Source: Diplonema japonicum
Lineage: Eukaryota; Protista; Euglenozoa: Diplonemea
Reading direction: 5' to 3'
DNA: 64,000 nt
Assembly: GCA_964019335.1 (NCBI GenBank)
Contig: OZ025658.1
Span: 558,001-622,000, forward strand
This document shows positions 11,696 through 23,033 of this stretch, one piece after another (position 1 is the first letter of the stretch; every line of letters begins with the position of its first letter). Below the pieces are notes generated by a model that ran no database searches, had not been told where the DNA came from, and saw only the letters and a program-made list of their open reading frames with translations. Position numbers and translations under genes: made by a program.

Positions 11696-11929
11696 AGGCT
11701 CACCACAGGGGAGAAACGGCAGCCTAAACCGGTATTTCCGCGAAAGCTTTTCATAAGCTTGTGGGAGTCTAGTTGAGAAAAGTGCAGTTTTGAGGAAGGA
11801 CAGCTCTTAACATTGTAAGATTGTTAGTCAGTAAGCATAACAGTCCTGTTCTCTGCACTTCGGCCGTAATCACCAAATACAAACGGGTGGAGATGACGAG
11901 AAGGTCAAAGAGGGTTCCGTAGGGGAGTT

Positions 11930-13032
11930 TATAGTTGAAGAGACAGATGCGCGTCTACGCCGTCCACCACAGGGCAACGTACAGTCCAAATGGCATAGTC
12001 ATTTGAAAGTGACGTTGCCATTGGGGCAGAAGTTATTTCTGCTTGGAAGGTACTTATGTGGGAATTACACCGATCACCGGTCACGTTTGCGTTGGAAGAT
12101 CCTTGACCCGCGTGCCCTGGTTTGATGACCAGCCTGAACGGAACGGAGACTATGAAACAAGCAGTGACGACGACCGGAGAATACTTCCTACTCCTGAGAA
12201 CACACGGGCAACTCGAAGGGAAAGACCAAAGCAAGCCCTTCCAGCCAGCAGAGAACCTCAGACAACGAGGACTCCAGATGGACAGGATCGCGATAGCGGA
12301 GTACAGCCACAAGGAGCTCCACTACCGGGTCCACTACACAAAAGAGGGCAAGAAGTGAGATCTCAGAGCAGACGGGGTGGAAGTGCCATATGCAAAAACA
12401 AAGATGGCACCCCAGCCTCATCTTGTACAAGAAGCACAAGACCGAGGAAGCAGGGGAGGGCCACCCGAGGCACAACAGAGGACATGGACAACCTCCCCAA
12501 CGCAGCAGCAGCAAAGACAGTAGCGACAACAGAAAGTAAAGAAGAAGACATCAGTACCTCCCCCCCCTTCCTCCTCCTCCCTTCCTGCTGTTCTACTTCG
12601 GGTGGATCAAGCGACTGAAGAAACAACAGATTTTTCTGGTGACCCCTACTCTTCAGTGTACTAGTTTCTTTTCATCATTACTCTGTGTTGGTCACCGATC
12701 ACACCAACACCGGCTGAGGAAGACGCAGTACTACTACTAATACTACCTGCTGGAAGTGGTGGCAAAACGAGACCAGCTTCTCCAGGACAAGAGAATGCTA
12801 GAAACGTACACGACGCACCCCTGGAACAGATAACGGAAGGAAACGCTCATGCACACCACCTGAGTAGGAGCTGGTAGGAGCTGAAGAAGCACGTGAGCGG
12901 GAGCCTGATGATGAAGCACGGAGAAGACATTATCAAGTAGCTCAGGAAGCTGAAGTGTACGACGGACCGAGGAAGACGAGTCACCACAATGGAACTCGTA
13001 CTAGACTTCGAGAACAGGGAAAGGGGTAGATA
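11930..13032 (+). pseudogene. Decayed coding sequence, possibly a non-LTR retroelement fragment
   Basis: Purine-rich + strand with broken frames; 12812-13032 reads ...EGNAHAHHL...*...VTTMELVLDFE with in-frame stops, weakly resembling the RNase H GN..AD.LA region. Confidence 0.25.
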
Positions 13033-13239
13033 AGTAGAGATAAGTAGACAAGAACGTTCCAGAACAGGAACCTCCTTTATCTCATCTCTTATTCTGTGTT
13101 TATTTCATCACAGTGTTGATGGGCTGAGGCGTGTCGTGAGTGTGTATCGCAGAGGATATCTGGTGTGGAAAGAAGGGAACCTACTCCACCCACTATGCCG
13201 GATGCCTGAGTAAAGATGGGGGGTCAGAGTTTTGAATTC

Positions 13240-13317
13240 CTGTGTGGTAGAGTGCTCACCTGTCAGGCCCCCTTGTTCCAGGAGTCGCGGGTTCGAATCC
13301 CGACGCAGTGGTTTTTT
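13240..13317 (+). ncRNA. Degenerate tRNA-like Pol III cassette inside the TIR element (right arm)
   Basis: CTGTGT...ACGCAG closing stem, A-box-like TGGTAGAGTG, T-arm CGGG-TTCGAAT-CCCG, T6 run; another GGTTCGAACC at 13324. Confidence 0.5.
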
Positions 13318-14513
13318 CATCAGGGTTCGAACCCCACTTGTGCCGTGTTTTCTCCACCAGAGCTGCTTCATTTTGTATAGTACAAAGTAAGGCAAATCAC
13401 CAAAAAAAAATTTATTACAAAAAAAAATTCCATATGTCGAACATTGGGCCCCGGACGCAAATAAATCCATTCCAGCCCTAGAAAAAGCAATTAGAAATTT
13501 TTTTAGCTCTTCAAAATGCGGGTTCTGGTGGGTCACTTAGCGAATATAGAGCGTTAAAAAAAAAAAATACGGGAGACTATTCCTTATTCATTGAGCGAAG
13601 AGAGGAAGGCGGGAAAAAAAAGAAGAAGAAAAAAAAAAAGGAAAAAAAAAAAATTAGAGAAACAAAAACAAAAAATATCCCCCCCCTTTATTTTTTTTAT
13701 GCGTCCTACACCCTTAAATGTCTCCTTCTCCTTTCTTTTAAACCTCTCGTAGCAAACGTTGCCGTGGTTTGTACGCGGTATCTGCACATTTTTTTTTTTT
13801 TTTTTTTTTACTATATTTTTTCCAAATTGCAAAAAAAAAAAAAAAGAAAATCGTTCCATATTAAGTACAAACATGGATTTCTACTTTTTTTTTTCTCCCG
13901 TTTAACAGCACTGTGCCCTTCGGGATGACTCTCTCAATTCTTTTCTTCTTCTTTTTTTCCCCCCTCCAGGCCGGATCAGTTGTGCTCTTCAAATATTGCT
14001 GAGCCTGGGCGCTAGCAGGAACTGCTGAAGGATTCCTTGCGTCTCGAGGTGTGTCTAAAAAAAAAAAAGCTAAGCACTGCCTACCTACTGTCCATACCTT
14101 CCCTCTCGCACGCATCGATTTTCTTTTTTTCCCTCTTCTTTTTTCTTTTTCTCTTTCTTTTTTATTACGGGGTCCTTGAAAGGTGCCTCTTGTCCGATGA
14201 GCGCGCACCCTGGGAGGAGTTGTAAATGTACACCGGGTGATGGAAAAAAAAAAAAAAAAGAAGAAGAAGAAGAAGAAGAAGGAAAGAAAAAAAAGAAAAC
14301 TGAGAGAATGCCTCAGTGCCATAACCTTTTTTTTTTTTCTTTTTCTTTTTCTTTTTTTTTTTTTTTTTTTTATTTGCTCCCTGTGTGCAGCTCTCGTGCG
14401 GAAGCTATTCACTTTTCTTTTTTTCTTGATTTTTTTTTTCTTTGCAAACTAAAAAAAAAAAAAAAAAAAAAAAAAATGGTAACCCACTAGAAGGAGAAGA
14501 AGAAAAAAAAAAA

Positions 14514-17411
14514 ATGGCGCCTTTACCCGTAATTGACATGGATGAGCAAGAAGCGCACTTGAGAGTTACAAAGTCCGTCATGGCGACAGGGACAGATGTG
14601 GCGGCCAAGCGCAAGGAGATCAAGGAGTACTTTAACAAGACTTACGATATTTTCGAGAAGTTGTACTCTGTGATCAACAGCGAAGAGGCATTTCAGATGA
14701 AACCCCTGCACAAGCTGAGGCACCCACACATTTTCTACTACGGGCACACAGCTACCTTCTTCATGAACAAGCTCACCATGGGCAACTACACCACCAGGAT
14801 CAACCCTCTTTATGAGGAAATGTTCGCTATTGGAGTGGACGAGATGCAGTATGTTTGGGGAAAAAGAAGAAAAAAAAAAAATTGATGATGACAAAAGAGA
14901 AAATCTTTATTTGTTTCAGCCTTGTCTTAGATTGTCTTTTGGCTTTCACATGATTATGATTGTTTCTTTTTTTTCTGATCCTCATTTTTATTTTTTTTTA
15001 ATTTTTTTTTTTTCCCCCTTTTGAATTGTAATTATTCTAATGATGACAAAAACTTGTTTTAATGTTTCAGCCTTGTCTTAGATTGTCTTTTGGCTTTCAC
15101 GTGATTACAAAAAAATTGAAAAAACTCTGCTGATTTTGCTTTCCGTCTTTTTTTTTTTCTCCCCGTAGTCTGCCGGTCCCCATCCACTTTACATGATGAT
15201 AAAAATGCTCAATTTTGTTTCAGCCTTGTCTTAGATTGTCTTTTGGCTTTCAAATGATTATGTTAATTCATATGCTGATCCTTCTTTTCAAGTGTGGTTT
15301 TTTTTTCTTCTTTTTTTTTTTTTCTCTTTTTCTTTCGTGATGACAAAAATTGTTTTAATGTTTCAGCCTTGTCTTAGATTGTCCTTTGGCTTTTACGTGA
15401 TTAAATCTTACAACAACAAAAAACTGAAAAGAATTATTAATTTATCTTTTTTAGAAAAAAAAAAAAAAAGAAAAAAAAAAACCTCCCTCCCCCTCCACTC
15501 ATCAACACAAACAGGTGGGACGATCTCAGTTCTGCACACTACTCTTTCCCGTCTTCAAGCGATGTGAAGAAGTACAGGGACCTTGTGAGGGAAAGGATTA
15601 ACACTTATATTATGGAATGTCCTTTGACACTCCCCGTCCAGTGGGACGACGCCATGTGGCCCATCCTGATGGGTATCGAACACGAGAGAATCCACCTTGA
15701 AACTAGCTGCGTCTTGCTCAGAGAGCTTCCTCTGAACCTGGTCACCCCTTCCGACTTCTGGAAACCATGCCCCATCCGCACCCCCATGTCCGAGCCCAAC
15801 ACCATGGTACCCGTGAAAGGCGACAGGGTGACAGTGGGAAGGGGCCCTCAAAACACATCCGAACCCGGCGGTGACACTGAAACCGGGAAAAACTCTGATT
15901 CAAACAAGATTTTCGGTTGGGACGTCGACCATGGTACGTACACGACGAACGTTGCAGATTTCGAAGCAAGCAAATTCTTGGTGAGCAACGACGAGTTCCT
16001 GCAGTTCATGAACGCTGGGGGGTACCAGAACGACGCTTACTGGACGAAGGACGGCCGTGGGTGGAGGGACTTCCGCAAGGTAACCCACCCCCATTTCTGG
16101 GTGAAGACACCCGACACCGACGCTTGGAAACTTCGTCACATCGCAGAAGAAATCGAGCTTCCCATGAGCTGGCCAGCAGAGGTCAACCAACATGAAGCCA
16201 AAGCTTTCTGCGCATGGAAATCCGAAACTCTCGGAAAACCCGTCCGCCTGCCAACCGAAGCAGAATGGAGTCTAATGTTCGACGACTTCGTCAGAGAAGA
16301 CCAATGGGAGTGGGAAACCGCACCGGGAAACATAAACCTCGAGAAATTCACATCGTCATGCCCGGTGGACATCTACGCATTCGACGGTGTCAAGAGCAAA
16401 ACGACCTTATACGATGTGGTGGGGAACGTTTGGCAGCACACGGAAACTCCAACAGGCCCGTTGGACGGGTTTAAAGTACACAGGCTGTATGACGATTTTT
16501 CCATGCCGACATTCGATGGTGACCACACGATTCAAAAGGGAGGATGCTGGATGGCAACGGGTAACGAAGCTACGCGGGACGCCAGATTTGCGTTCCGCCG
16601 TCATTTCTACCAAATGATCGGTATTAGATACATTGTTGGCGAGGATGTGGACGAATACGCTGGATTCTACGCCGCGGACCCCATTGTGGACCAGTACACT
16701 GAGTTCCATTACGGGAAGGGTTCGAACGATGGCTTCGCTGTGAACCTTGCGAATGCTGTTTTGAAAATCGCTGAGAAAAACAATGTGAAAACAGGTCTTT
16801 GCGCGGATATCGGCTGCCGGTCGGGGAGAACCTCTTTCGAACTTGCAAGGTCTGTCGATGAAGTTCAAGGTGTAGATATATCCGCGAGATATATTATGCC
16901 TGGATGTCAGATGAGGGAATGCCAACAAACGAAATGGGAAGTTCCATCAGAAGGCGATCTGCATGAGAAGCGTTCTGCTCAAGCTACCGATTTTGGTATT
17001 GAGGAGTTGATCGGGAAGACTACGTTTTGGCAGTCGGATCCTTGCAACCTCCATGCACACCTCAAAGGGTATGACATTGTCATTGTGAACATTAACCTTT
17101 TGGAGCGTCTCTCTGACCCTGCAAAATTCCTCTCTGGTATCCATGAACGGATGCAAAGTAACGCTCTTCTGGTCATTTCTTCTACCTTCAACTGGAAGAC
17201 GTTCGGTCTTGCAAAGGATAAGTGGATTGGGGGAACGCTTTCTGAGGAGGGTGTACCTCTTTCTGGCCTCGAGGGTGTCAAAAACATTCTTTCCAAGAAC
17301 TTTGCGTTCCTTGAGAATGATAGCCAAGAGAAGCTTCCCTACTCCCTCCCCTTGACTGTGGATTCGTACATCGGGGGCACAGTTGGTGTTCATGCGTGGA
17401 AAAAACTTTGA
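14514..17411 (+). CDS. ovoA: Ovothiol biosynthesis enzyme OvoA (5-histidylcysteine sulfoxide synthase fused to a SAM methyltransferase); exons 14514-14848 and 15515-17411
   Basis: LRHPHIFYYGHTA, GVDEM-QWDDL across the GTATGT...ACAG intron, iron-binding HERIHLE, FGE-sulfatase RLPTEAEW, FRRHFYQ, and C-terminal DIGC.SGR.SFELA methyltransferase. Confidence 0.93.
14885..14978 (+). ncRNA. Intronic box C/D snoRNA, copy 1
   Basis: C box ATGATGA 14885, guide GTTTCAGCCTTG 14913-14924, D'-like CTTA, C' ATGATTA 14950, D box CTGA 14975. Confidence 0.8.
15040..15133 (+). ncRNA. Intronic box C/D snoRNA, copy 2
   Basis: C box ATGATGA 15040, guide 15064-15075, C' GTGATTA 15101, D box CTGA 15130. Confidence 0.8.
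15193..15278 (+). ncRNA. Intronic box C/D snoRNA, copy 3
   Basis: C box ATGATGA 15193, guide 15217-15228, C' ATGATTA 15254, D box CTGA 15275. Confidence 0.8.
15337..15427 (+). ncRNA. Intronic box C/D snoRNA, copy 4
   Basis: C box GTGATGA 15337, guide 15360-15371, C' GTGATTA 15397, D box CTGA 15424. Confidence 0.78.
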
Positions 17412-17616
17412 GATCCCAAAAAAAAAAAAATTAAAAAAAAAAAAGAAAGAGTCTTTACTTGGTATGCTAAAAGTACCTCAACTTCATTATTATTATTTCT
17501 TTTTCCTTCTTCCTTCTTTCCCCTTTCCACCTTTCTTTTTTTTTTTATTATTCTCCCTTTGTTGTTTTTTTTTTTTGTTTTTCTTTGTTGTTCTTTTTTT
17601 TTTTTTTTGAGAAAAC

Positions 17617-17961
17617 TTCTAACTTGACCCCTAAGTTCGAGAAATGCTCAAAATCCACCCCCTTAGTTTGAGAAATGTTCAAGGTCTATCTTTAAGGAGG
17701 AAAAAGTTTCTGATCCGGTCCCCAAGGTTTCTTAAATCTCTGTGTAGTACCCCAAATCTTCAAAAAAACTCATACTCGACCCCTAAGTTTTAAAATGCGT
17801 GAATTTGAACATTTTGAAAACTAAGGGGTTGACTTTGAGCGGTTTCCCACCGTAGGGGCCTAGTTAGGGCATTTGAAAACCTGAGGGGGCGGACTTTGAA
17901 CACTTTGGAAACTTAGGGGGCGGGATTTGAGCGGTTCAGAAACTTAGGGGTCGAGTTAGGA
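17617..17961. mobile_element. Foldback-type MITE built from ~30-bp subrepeats in inverted arrays
   Basis: Left end CTAACTTGACCCCTAAGTT versus right end AACTTAGGGGTCGAGTTAG; about 6 degenerate CCCCTAAGTT...AAATGCTCAA units on the left and about 5 reverse-complement units on the right. Confidence 0.7.
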
Positions 17962-18974
17962 CTCTACCCCCCCCTTTTTTTTATTCCCTCCTTCGAATGT
18001 CTTTTTTTTTTTCTCCCTATCTTTTTTTCTTTTTCCCCGCCTGGGTTTGAAGAAAAAAAAAAGAAAAAAAAAGAGGGTTGGGGAAAAGTTATTGGGAATC
18101 TGACAGGGAAAGGGGAAAAAAAGAATTTTTAAAAGAAAACGGCGGGGGGAGGGGGGGGGAAAGAAGCGCATTAAAGTTTTTTTCTTCTTTTTTTTTGCTT
18201 CTCACCGAGTTTGCGTGATGAAGACACTGGAAAAAGAGTCTTCAAAAAAATGAAAGGAATCGTAAAAGGAAGGAGAAAGAGAGAGAAAGAGAGGGGAGAG
18301 GTAGACAGAAAAGACTTTTGCTTGCTCTGAGCGGTGCTACCACCCCGCGACTTGCATCGACTGTCTGTACTTCTTACCTCCCCATTTTTATTTTTTACTT
18401 GTTCCCCCCCCCCTCCCCCTCCCCCCATTTCTTCGGGGGGGGGGGGGGGGGGCGTAACCAAACCGCGTCCTTGAGAGAAATCCTATGACTTTTTTTAGCC
18501 TGGAAAAAAAAAAAAAAAAAAGGCAGGGACATGGTACAGGGTGGCATGATATTTCTTTTTTTTTTCTCCTCTTGAAAGCGCTCGAACTTAGTTCAGAGTG
18601 CTCCCTATGGAAAGGATAAAAATCCCCTCCCCTTCCCCCTTTCTTCACACGTTTTTCTCTCTCTTTTTTTCCCCTCTCTTTTCTCACCTTTCTTTATTTA
18701 TTTATTTATTTTTCTTCTTCCTTTTCTTCTTTCTTCTCCCTCTCTCGCCCGTTGTTCCTCTCACCCTCACCCGTTTTTTTTTCTTTTCTTTTATTTTTTT
18801 TATTTTTTCTTCTTCCCTGTTCTCCCCATAAATCCCCAACCCCTCTTTTTTTTTTTTCCCGCTTCCTCTTGCTTTCTCAACCGCGTTACCCTGGTATTGA
18901 CCCATCCAACAAAACCCGTTCCTCAAGGACCCTCATACACCCTTTATAAAAAAAAGAGGGGAAAAAAAAAAAAA

Positions 18975-21161
18975 ATGCCTATGATTAAAATCAGCCGGGG
19001 AGGCACACTGACTAAGGCGGAAGTGCCAACAGACGCTTTGAACGAGGACGACGCGGTGCTAGGAAGGGACGTACAGCGATGGTGCGTGAAAAACTGGCGA
19101 GGCTTCCGGGTGTCGAAAATGATTTACAAAGGAAAGGTAATCAACGAGGGAGACCGGGTGCTAAAGGGCAAAGTGGTCATGGTGCTTGGAGAGACAACAG
19201 AGGTGATAAGGGGAAAACGAAGCGAATTTGTATCAGTTGCCGATTTAATGTCTTGCGTGTTCTGTTTCCTGCCGCTTCAAGTAGTCCGGCGAACCTGCGC
19301 GGCTGTCTGCAGGCAATGGTCGTCAATGACAGAAATGGGCACACGACACCACCCGCACAGGTACGCGTGTGAAGGCGGCCATCTTTTCGACATATTCTCA
19401 TCGAAACCCAAATCGTTGTTTGAAAAACTTTCCATCACACCCTCCACAGTCGTGGACTCCTCCATTTGCGACGAATATCTGTATCTCCTTGTATCCATGG
19501 ACCCGGGACTGGATTCGAAACATGCCGATGAAGACGGTGGTGGTGGTGGTGGTGGTGGTGGTGATGATGATGATGCCGCATCTGTATCCTCGTCATCATC
19601 CACTCATTCTTACTCTTCAGCTGATTCGAACTCCGGCGATGACGACCACACCCCAGCACAGAAAGACGCTGCATTTCAAGTTCATCTTGGGTTGACAGGT
19701 GTGTCTGACGGCCTGACAATCCATGACATTACCTCCGACATGCATACTCTCCGGAATTTTCGTGTCAAAACTCAAAAACAAATGAGGAAACAACGAAACT
19801 GGAACATATTATGTGTGAATCTAATCAGGGAATCGCTGGTGTGGAGGGCAACGAATCTTTTTCAAAGGTCGTTTAACCTCCCAATTGTGTCGTTCGGGTC
19901 AACAAAGCACGGTGCAGTGGTAGCACACGGAGACTTACTTACGCTTTATGACAGAGCGACAGGGCTGCAAAGCCTCAGGGAGTTCAAACGGGAGGAAGGC
20001 TGGACCCCGCTTTTTTCAAAACCGTTTTGGGTCGCAAAGGAACCGTGGGTCTACGGGCCGGCCCGGAAAGCCGGCGTCGAACGAATCCTGGTCCCGCAGA
20101 GAAAACATGTTTTCATCCTTTCAAGCGAGCTCGAGCTCCTGCAAACCGTGAAAACATCTGTTATCATAAAAGAACTAAAGCTGATCGACCTAAACTCCTC
20201 CCGTGCAGTGGTGTTAACAATAGACAACGAACTAGTATGTCTATCGACAAAGGGTACGGGGAAGGAAGTTTTGTGGAGGGAGACAAGCGTGCCGATTTTA
20301 CATTATTCTCCTACGAACACGCTGCTTGACGGGATGCTTTTCGACAGTGACGCGAATCATTTCGCGATGCCGATTTCGAAATGGAAGGAAGGAGGGTGTC
20401 TGAGCTTGCTTGAAGGGACCGGTGAGGACTGTTTTGCAGAGGGTGTTTTCATGCACAACAATACCAGCCTGGACACAATCGAGCTGAACGCGGACAGTTT
20501 CAAAGAGCTTCTAGTCACGGATACCAAAGCAACGCATCCATTCGCAACGAATACATCGTTGTGCCCACAACATAGCGATTACGATATAGTTGAGACTCTG
20601 TCGAAAGATGCCCCAGCTAGGGTGGTTTTCAACCCAGCGCAGGATTTCAACTCCCCTCACAACATAGAGGCACGAAGATATAATGCGTTTTCAAAAAAAC
20701 TTTCTGAAGTCACCAACAGGGTTCAGAGAGAGGTTTGGAAAGCGACGCAGAAAACCCAGATTTCCCTCAAAGCTATATGCCGTGAGTTCGTCAAGACGGC
20801 CAACCCTTCCGAACCAGAGATTCGCAGGACCTTGAAAGAGATCTGGTCCATTTTAATCCCCTTCCCTGTCTCTTCCCTCACCCATGCGGTCAAGGAGGGA
20901 AATATCCTGTATGTTGGGATCTGGTCGAAGCCTTACCTTGGGGTGTACGCGGTGGCTGTGGATAGAGGGTTTCTGAAGTGGAGGGCCTTGTGGGAACAGA
21001 AGAATGTCGGGCAGGTGCAGGCAATCGAGGTGACCCCCTTGCAAGGGGTCCTGACGCTGTCGCTTACGTCTCATTCATATAGGCACGTCACCTTCTTGAA
21101 CACGTTGTCCGGCCGTATCCAGCACGCGGCTAAGTTGCGGCAAACTAATTGGTACGCTTAG
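18975..21161 (+). CDS. F-box-like protein with a ubiquitin-like N-terminus
   Basis: KMIYKGK....D......VMVLG (UBL-like), then LMSCVFCFLP......CAAVCRQW (F-box-like); Gly/Asp/Ser low-complexity tract. Confidence 0.55.
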   Translation: MPMIKISRGGTLTKAEVPTDALNEDDAVLGRDVQRWCVKNWRGFRVSKMIYKGKVINEGDRVLKGKVVMVLGETTEVIRGKRSEFVSVADLMSCVFCFLPLQVVRRTCAAVCRQWSSMTEMGTRHHPHRYACEGGHLFDIFSSKPKSLFEKLSITPSTVVDSSICDEYLYLLVSMDPGLDSKHADEDGGGGGGGGGDDDDAASVSSSSSTHSYSSADSNSGDDDHTPAQKDAAFQVHLGLTGVSDGLTIHDITSDMHTLRNFRVKTQKQMRKQRNWNILCVNLIRESLVWRATNLFQRSFNLPIVSFGSTKHGAVVAHGDLLTLYDRATGLQSLREFKREEGWTPLFSKPFWVAKEPWVYGPARKAGVERILVPQRKHVFILSSELELLQTVKTSVIIKELKLIDLNSSRAVVLTIDNELVCLSTKGTGKEVLWRETSVPILHYSPTNTLLDGMLFDSDANHFAMPISKWKEGGCLSLLEGTGEDCFAEGVFMHNNTSLDTIELNADSFKELLVTDTKATHPFATNTSLCPQHSDYDIVETLSKDAPARVVFNPAQDFNSPHNIEARRYNAFSKKLSEVTNRVQREVWKATQKTQISLKAICREFVKTANPSEPEIRRTLKEIWSILIPFPVSSLTHAVKEGNILYVGIWSKPYLGVYAVAVDRGFLKWRALWEQKNVGQVQAIEVTPLQGVLTLSLTSHSYRHVTFLNTLSGRIQHAAKLRQTNWYA

Positions 21162-21324
21162 TAGTGGCCCCTTTGTTCCATAGTGTTCCCCCCCTCTCCC
21201 CCATGTGTGTCAAAAAGATTCTTACCCATCCAATTTTTTTTTTCTTCTGAGCACACTTTTTTTTTCCCCTTATTCAGGGCGCCACCACTGGCCTCCTTTA
21301 TCTCTTATTTTTTTTCTTTCTACA

Positions 21325-21360
<36 letters not shown>

Positions 21361-21632
21361 ATTCCAGCCTCTCTCGTTTAGAAGAAAAATAAAATAAAAT
21401 AATGGAAAACAAAAAAAAAAAAACGACGGTGAAAGGTATTTTTTTTTATATTTAAACTCTGGGGATTGGGGGTTACTTTTTTTTTTTCTGAATATGAAAT
21501 ATGAAAACCTTCCCCCCCCCCCCCCCCCCTTCTTCTTCTTTCCCGTTATACTAATAAAGAAGTGGGGCGGCGGGGGGTGGGGGGGGAAGGTGGGGGGAAA
21601 AAGAAAATACAAAGAAAAAAATAAATAAAAAA

Positions 21633-23033
21633 ATGGCTGTCAACAGCGACGGCGACGAAAGAGAGCTGCCCCTCGAGGAAGGCTCCACCCCCGAGGTCAG
21701 GGGCGATGTTCTGCTGGAGAACGCAAGAAGGTTTGCAAAACGGATGGTGGGAAAAGGCTTCTCCAAGATACTCACAACCCCCTCCGGCAAAAAAGTAAAA
21801 CGTGTCGTAGGGCTGGGAAACCCTTTACTGGACGTATCTGACGTAATTACAGACGAATTCCTCGAAAAATACAACTTAACAAGAAACGGAGCATGTGTGG
21901 CTGAGCCAAGCCACGAACCTGTATTTGAATATTTGAAAAACTCAAAAACGGCTGTAAAAATTCCAGGTGGATCTTGCCTAAACACGCTTCGAGTTTCGCA
22001 ATGGTTGAACCAAATAGAAACGGCGTGCACTTATCTTGGAACGGTGGGATGCGACGATTACGGTTCGGTGATCAGACAAGAATCGCAAGCAGACGGTCTT
22101 TTATTTCCTTACTTAGCACATCCAACCCTTCCAACAGGGTCGTGCGCGGTCCTTGTTGCTGATAAGGATAGAACGTTAATCGCAAACCTAGGTGCAAGTG
22201 TTCACTTTGATCACCGCACGCTAGAGGACAACAAAGAAGTGGCAGACGCTATTGTAGCAAGCGACATTCTGTACTGTGAAGGGTTTGTTTTTAACGCGTC
22301 GCCGCAGGCGATCTTCAACCTTGCCCTCCACGCCTTCACCGAAAAAAAAACGTTTGTTTTGAACCTCTCTGCTGCGTTTGTACCGGGGCTTCACAAACAC
22401 CATTGGGAACGGATTTTACCGTACACCAACCATCTTTTTGGAAACTCGGAGGAGGCACAGGCATACGCAGATGCTATGGAATGGGAGATCAATGACGGCG
22501 ACATCGCTGTCGCACCGCGTTGTGTACTTGAAGCTCAGGACCGCAAGCTTGCTAGCATTGCTTTGCGATTATCCTCATCACACATCGCTGACCCGTTGAA
22601 TCCTCGAACGGTCGTGATTACACAAGGTGCGCGGCCCACTATTCTAGCAACTCGTGGGGTGATTAAAACTTTTGCAACACCGATGATTACTGATTCGGAA
22701 ATTGTTGATACTAATGGGTCTGGTGACGCCTTTGTCGGGGGTTACCTAGCGATGCTCGCGCACGGTGCCGGGTCGCAAGAATGTGTTCGTTATGGGCAAA
22801 GAGCCGCTAGGGAGATGTTGAAAACAAGCGGGTGTACTTTGCCTTCTTCACAGGTGTGTGGGAAAAAAAAAAAAAAAAAAAAAATGTAGGATTCCGATCT
22901 AATCAAAGAGCTTGCCTCCGGTGACCATGTTAATGCTACACCGCAATCGCCAAATAGAAGCCGAGCGCTTTCAATATCTGCTTCTGTCCATATTGCTATG
23001 GAGACATCTTGGTTTGTTAAGGGGGAGAAATGA
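21633..23033 (+). CDS. ADK: Adenosine kinase (PfkB/ribokinase family); intron 22854-22889
   Basis: GNPLLD, GGSCLN, TGSCAVLV...RTLIANLGA, NLSA.F, FGN.EEA, VVITQG, DTNGSGDAFVGG. Confidence 0.88.

Larger units (their letters stand above)
11265..13553. mobile_element. Non-autonomous DNA transposon-like element (2289 bp) with 27-bp TIRs
   Basis: CGCTCCATATTCGCTAAGTGACCCGCC at 11265-11291 versus reverse complement of 13527-13553 CGCTCTATATTCGCTAAGTGACCCACC (2 mismatches); flanks TTTA and TTAA; direct repeat CCATATGTCGAACAT near both ends. Confidence 0.8.

Noticed and set aside
11616-13317. Functional tRNA genes
   Set aside because: Acceptor, D or anticodon stems do not form a proper cloverleaf; reported only as tRNA-like
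13782-13811. Minus-strand GT-poly(A)-AG intron suggesting a hidden antisense gene
   Set aside because: The flanks give no credible reading frame; such patterns arise by chance in poly(T) spacers
14885-15427. CRISPR-like appearance (four ~45-bp repeats with unique spacers)
   Set aside because: Eukaryotic intron, no cas genes, long irregular low-complexity spacers; C/D boxes and rRNA complementarity explain it better
18215-18330. Possible single C/D snoRNA (GTGATGA...CTGA)
   Set aside because: The interior is a low-complexity purine tract and no rRNA-complementary guide was recognised
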